Below are positions 62,050-64,000 of a stretch of 64,000 nucleotides of DNA, in pieces. The notes under the pieces are model-generated. The model was given only the letters and a program-made list of their open reading frames with translations, was not told the origin of the DNA and did not search any database. This DNA is from an uncultured Actinomycetota bacterium (GTDB taxonomy: Bacteria; Actinomycetota; Actinomycetes; Mycobacteriales; Mycobacteriaceae): positions 924 through 64,923 of the forward strand of contig CAVQIO010000005.1 of assembly GCA_963712615.1 (NCBI GenBank), written 5' to 3'. The position numbers were made by a program, and so were the translations under genes. How positions within the stretch are numbered: position 1 is the stretch's first letter; the number at the start of each line of letters is the position of its first letter.

Positions 62050-63021
62050 TCAGGGGTTGATCACGACGCGGCCGGCGAGGTTTCCGGCGACCGCTTCGTA
62101 GGCGGCTGCGCTCTCGTCGAGGGAATAGCGGGCGGCGGTGGGAAGTGGCCGAAACTCTCCGGATTCGAAGTAGGGCAACATCTTCTGCAGCAGGTGCGCG
62201 GAGTCGACGACGCTGAGTTTGCCGCTGTCGGCGCCCAGGATGCGGGTTTCGTTGTGGTACAGGTCTTTTAGATCGATGTTGACTGTTGGCGAGCCGATGG
62301 CGCTGATGACGACCAGCCTGCCGCGGTGCGCGAGTGCGGCAAGGGCGGCCGCCGTGGTCACGCCGCCGACCGCGTCGTACACGACCTCGACGCCTTTGCC
62401 GTTGTTGGCTCGTTTGATTTCGGCAGCGACACCGGCGTCGGGATCGAAGACGACGAATTCGTCGAGGATGTGGGCGGCGGGTGTTTCCGGGGCGGGTTTG
62501 CGACGATCCACGCCGATCACCGTCGCGCCGAGCGCGTGCGCGATCTGCGCGACGGCGCCGCCCACTCCCCCGGAGACGCCGAAGATCGCAATCGTCTCGC
62601 CGGCGTTGAGTTCTGCCGTTTCCACCGCGCCATGCCAGCCCACGACGAAGTTGACGCCGACGGTGGAGGCCTGGTCAAAGGTGAGTGCTTCGGGCTTGCG
62701 GGCCAGCGCTTCGACCGGCACCTCGATGAGCTCCGCGTGAGGGCCGTCGCGGGTGAACCCGACGTCGCCGCCGGTGCCCCACACTTGGGCGCCTTCCCAT
62801 TCGGGTGGACCGCCGACGACCACTCCGGCGAAGTCCCGCCCGGGGGTTCGGGGCACCACCGTCCAGTCCATCTGGCCGGCAACGTTTTTCACGTCGGAGG
62901 GATTGACCGATGCGGCTTCGATGCGGATCACCGCTTCCTGGGCTGTGGCGTGCGGGTCGGGCAAATCCGCGACGTGCAGGACTTCCGGCTCACCAAACTG
63001 GTCGAAGCGTAAAGCCCTCAT
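62050..63021 (-). CDS. Zinc-type alcohol dehydrogenase / quinone oxidoreductase family protein
   Basis: Start MRALRFDQFGEPEVL at 63021; GVSGGVGGAVAQIA cofactor motif. The upstream part of the ORF-track frame is rejected. Confidence 0.8.
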   Translation of the reverse strand: MRALRFDQFGEPEVLHVADLPDPHATAQEAVIRIEAASVNPSDVKNVAGQMDWTVVPRTPGRDFAGVVVGGPPEWEGAQVWGTGGDVGFTRDGPHAELIEVPVEALARKPEALTFDQASTVGVNFVVGWHGAVETAELNAGETIAIFGVSGGVGGAVAQIAHALGATVIGVDRRKPAPETPAAHILDEFVVFDPDAGVAAEIKRANNGKGVEVVYDAVGGVTTAAALAALAHRGRLVVISAIGSPTVNIDLKDLYHNETRILGADSGKLSVVDSAHLLQKMLPYFESGEFRPLPTAARYSLDESAAAYEAVAGNLAGRVVINP

Positions 63022-63103
63022 CTTGGGTCCTCCTGTGAACTGATGGTCATCGGCTGCCGCCCTCAACACAACACCCAAAGACTGATCGCATCCAACGGAG
63101 GAA

Positions 63104-63118
63104 ATCGATCGCAACGAT
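63104..63118. promoter_or_regulatory. LysR-type T-N11-A box in a divergent promoter
   Basis: ATCG-atcgcaa-CGAT at 63104-63118, 25 nt upstream of the LysR start. Confidence 0.5.
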
Positions 63119-63142
63119 CGCCATTCGCGATAGATTGCTCGG

Positions 63143-64000
63143 ATGGAGTTGCGGCAGCTGGAGTACTTCGTTGCGGTGGCCGGCGAGCTGAACTTCTCCC
63201 GGGCCGCCCAGCGAATCCACGTCGTGCAATCGGCGCTGTCGGCGTCGGTGGGCAGGCTGGAAAAGGAATTGGGCGTCGAGCTGTTCGACCGTTCCAAGCG
63301 CCAAATCGTGCTCACCGCGCCCGGCGAGGTCTTCCTGCAGCATGCCCGGCAAGTCATCCACACGGTTCAGCGGGCACGGTCCTCGGTGGCGGACTACCGC
63401 GATCAGCTGACCGGCACCGTCACCCTGGGCACCCTGATGTCGTGGGGTGCATTGGACTTGGCGGCCGTCCTGGAGGAGTTCCGGCGCGTCCACCCGATGG
63501 TCACCGTTCAGCTGCGACAAAGCCTCACCGGCTCGGCCGGGCATCTGGACGCGATTGCCGACGGCAAGATGGACCTCGCCCTGGTGTCCATTTCCTCGGC
63601 GCCGTCTCGGCTTGTCGCCGTGCGGGAATTTACGCACGAGCACATGGTGTTCGTCTGCGAATCCAGCCATCCGCTGGCGCATCGCGACCGCGTGCAACTC
63701 GCCGACCTTGACGGGCAGGACTTCATCCAGTTCCCACGGGGGTGGGGAATCCGCCAGCGCCTCGACGCGGGTTTCGCCGCGGCCGGGGTGCAGCCGGCCA
63801 GCGCCTACGAAGTCGCCGACTACGCGATCGCCGCCGAGCTCGTTCGACATCGGCTGGCGGCGACCGTGCTGCCCATCAGCGCGGCCAACCGGTTTCCCGA
63901 TTTACGCGTCATTCCCTTGAACCCGCCGCTGACGTGGACGCTGTATCTCGCCTCCGCCGAGTCGCAGACTGCCGCCGGCGCCGTCAAAGCACTCGTCGAC
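63143..64000 (+). CDS. LysR-family transcriptional regulator (3' end beyond the window)
   Basis: MELRQLEYFVAVAGELNFSRAAQRIHVVQSALSASVGRLEKELGVELFDRS... It is absent from the ORF track because no stop lies inside the window. Confidence 0.85.
   Translation, partial: MELRQLEYFVAVAGELNFSRAAQRIHVVQSALSASVGRLEKELGVELFDRSKRQIVLTAPGEVFLQHARQVIHTVQRARSSVADYRDQLTGTVTLGTLMSWGALDLAAVLEEFRRVHPMVTVQLRQSLTGSAGHLDAIADGKMDLALVSISSAPSRLVAVREFTHEHMVFVCESSHPLAHRDRVQLADLDGQDFIQFPRGWGIRQRLDAGFAAAGVQPASAYEVADYAIAAELVRHRLAATVLPISAANRFPDLRVIPLNPPLTWTLYLASAESQTAAGAVKALVD

Noticed and set aside
63022-63363. N-terminal extension of the Zn-ADH ORF, and similar ORF-track over-extensions (dagK from 27137, glpD from 25354, hemolysin III from 3417)
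   Set aside because: The extensions overlap neighbouring genes or promoters. The conserved N-termini (MRALRFDQFG, VTPAAGQLRQ, MTALNAARR, MLTHQTD) begin at internal start codons.

Overview
GC-rich chromosomal segment of a slow-growing, non-tuberculous Mycobacterium. The IS content hints at the M. avium complex, but species cannot be proven from this window. From my memory of H37Rv gene order, the backbone is collinear with M. tuberculosis Rv2238c-Rv2266: ahpE, Rv2239c/Rv2240c-like, aceE, mabR, the FAS-II operon fabD-acpM-kasA-kasB-accD6, glpD1 with its TetR, an Rv2251-like oxidase, dagK, Rv2256c-Rv2260 (including mscR), Rv2263, Rv2264c and cyp124. Four accessory blocks interrupt it. (i) 1-8.06 kb: a truncated IS1081-like copy, a convergent response-regulator/histidine-kinase pair, a hemolysin-III protein and a single-polypeptide ECF transporter, ending at tRNA-Val(TAC). 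(ii) 19.65-21.3 kb: a frameshifted MFS transporter cassette. (iii) 28.35-39.85 kb: an island holding an IS1245-like element that splits a molybdopterin oxidoreductase, a second IS1081-like copy, a frameshifted PucR-like regulator, Rv1733c-like, DinB-like and DadA-like genes, and two GreA-like paralogues followed by a 30-aa hydrophobic peptide ORF. (iv) 48.6-64 kb: accessory metabolism, including a hydroxyquinol-type ring-cleavage cluster. The most unusual signals are decayed 'ghost' copies of the 3' ends (stop codon included) of accD6, dagK and a cutinase gene, each lying on the far side of inserted DNA. Others are two inverted IS1081-like copies that share the same frameshift and bracket 31 kb of core genes, a 33-bp tandem duplication spanning an IS end, a structured ~470-nt leader upstream of the ECF transporter, and several clean operator palindromes. 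I saw no rRNA, CRISPR array, prophage or recognisable defence system. All homology statements rest on reading the translations, not on database searches.
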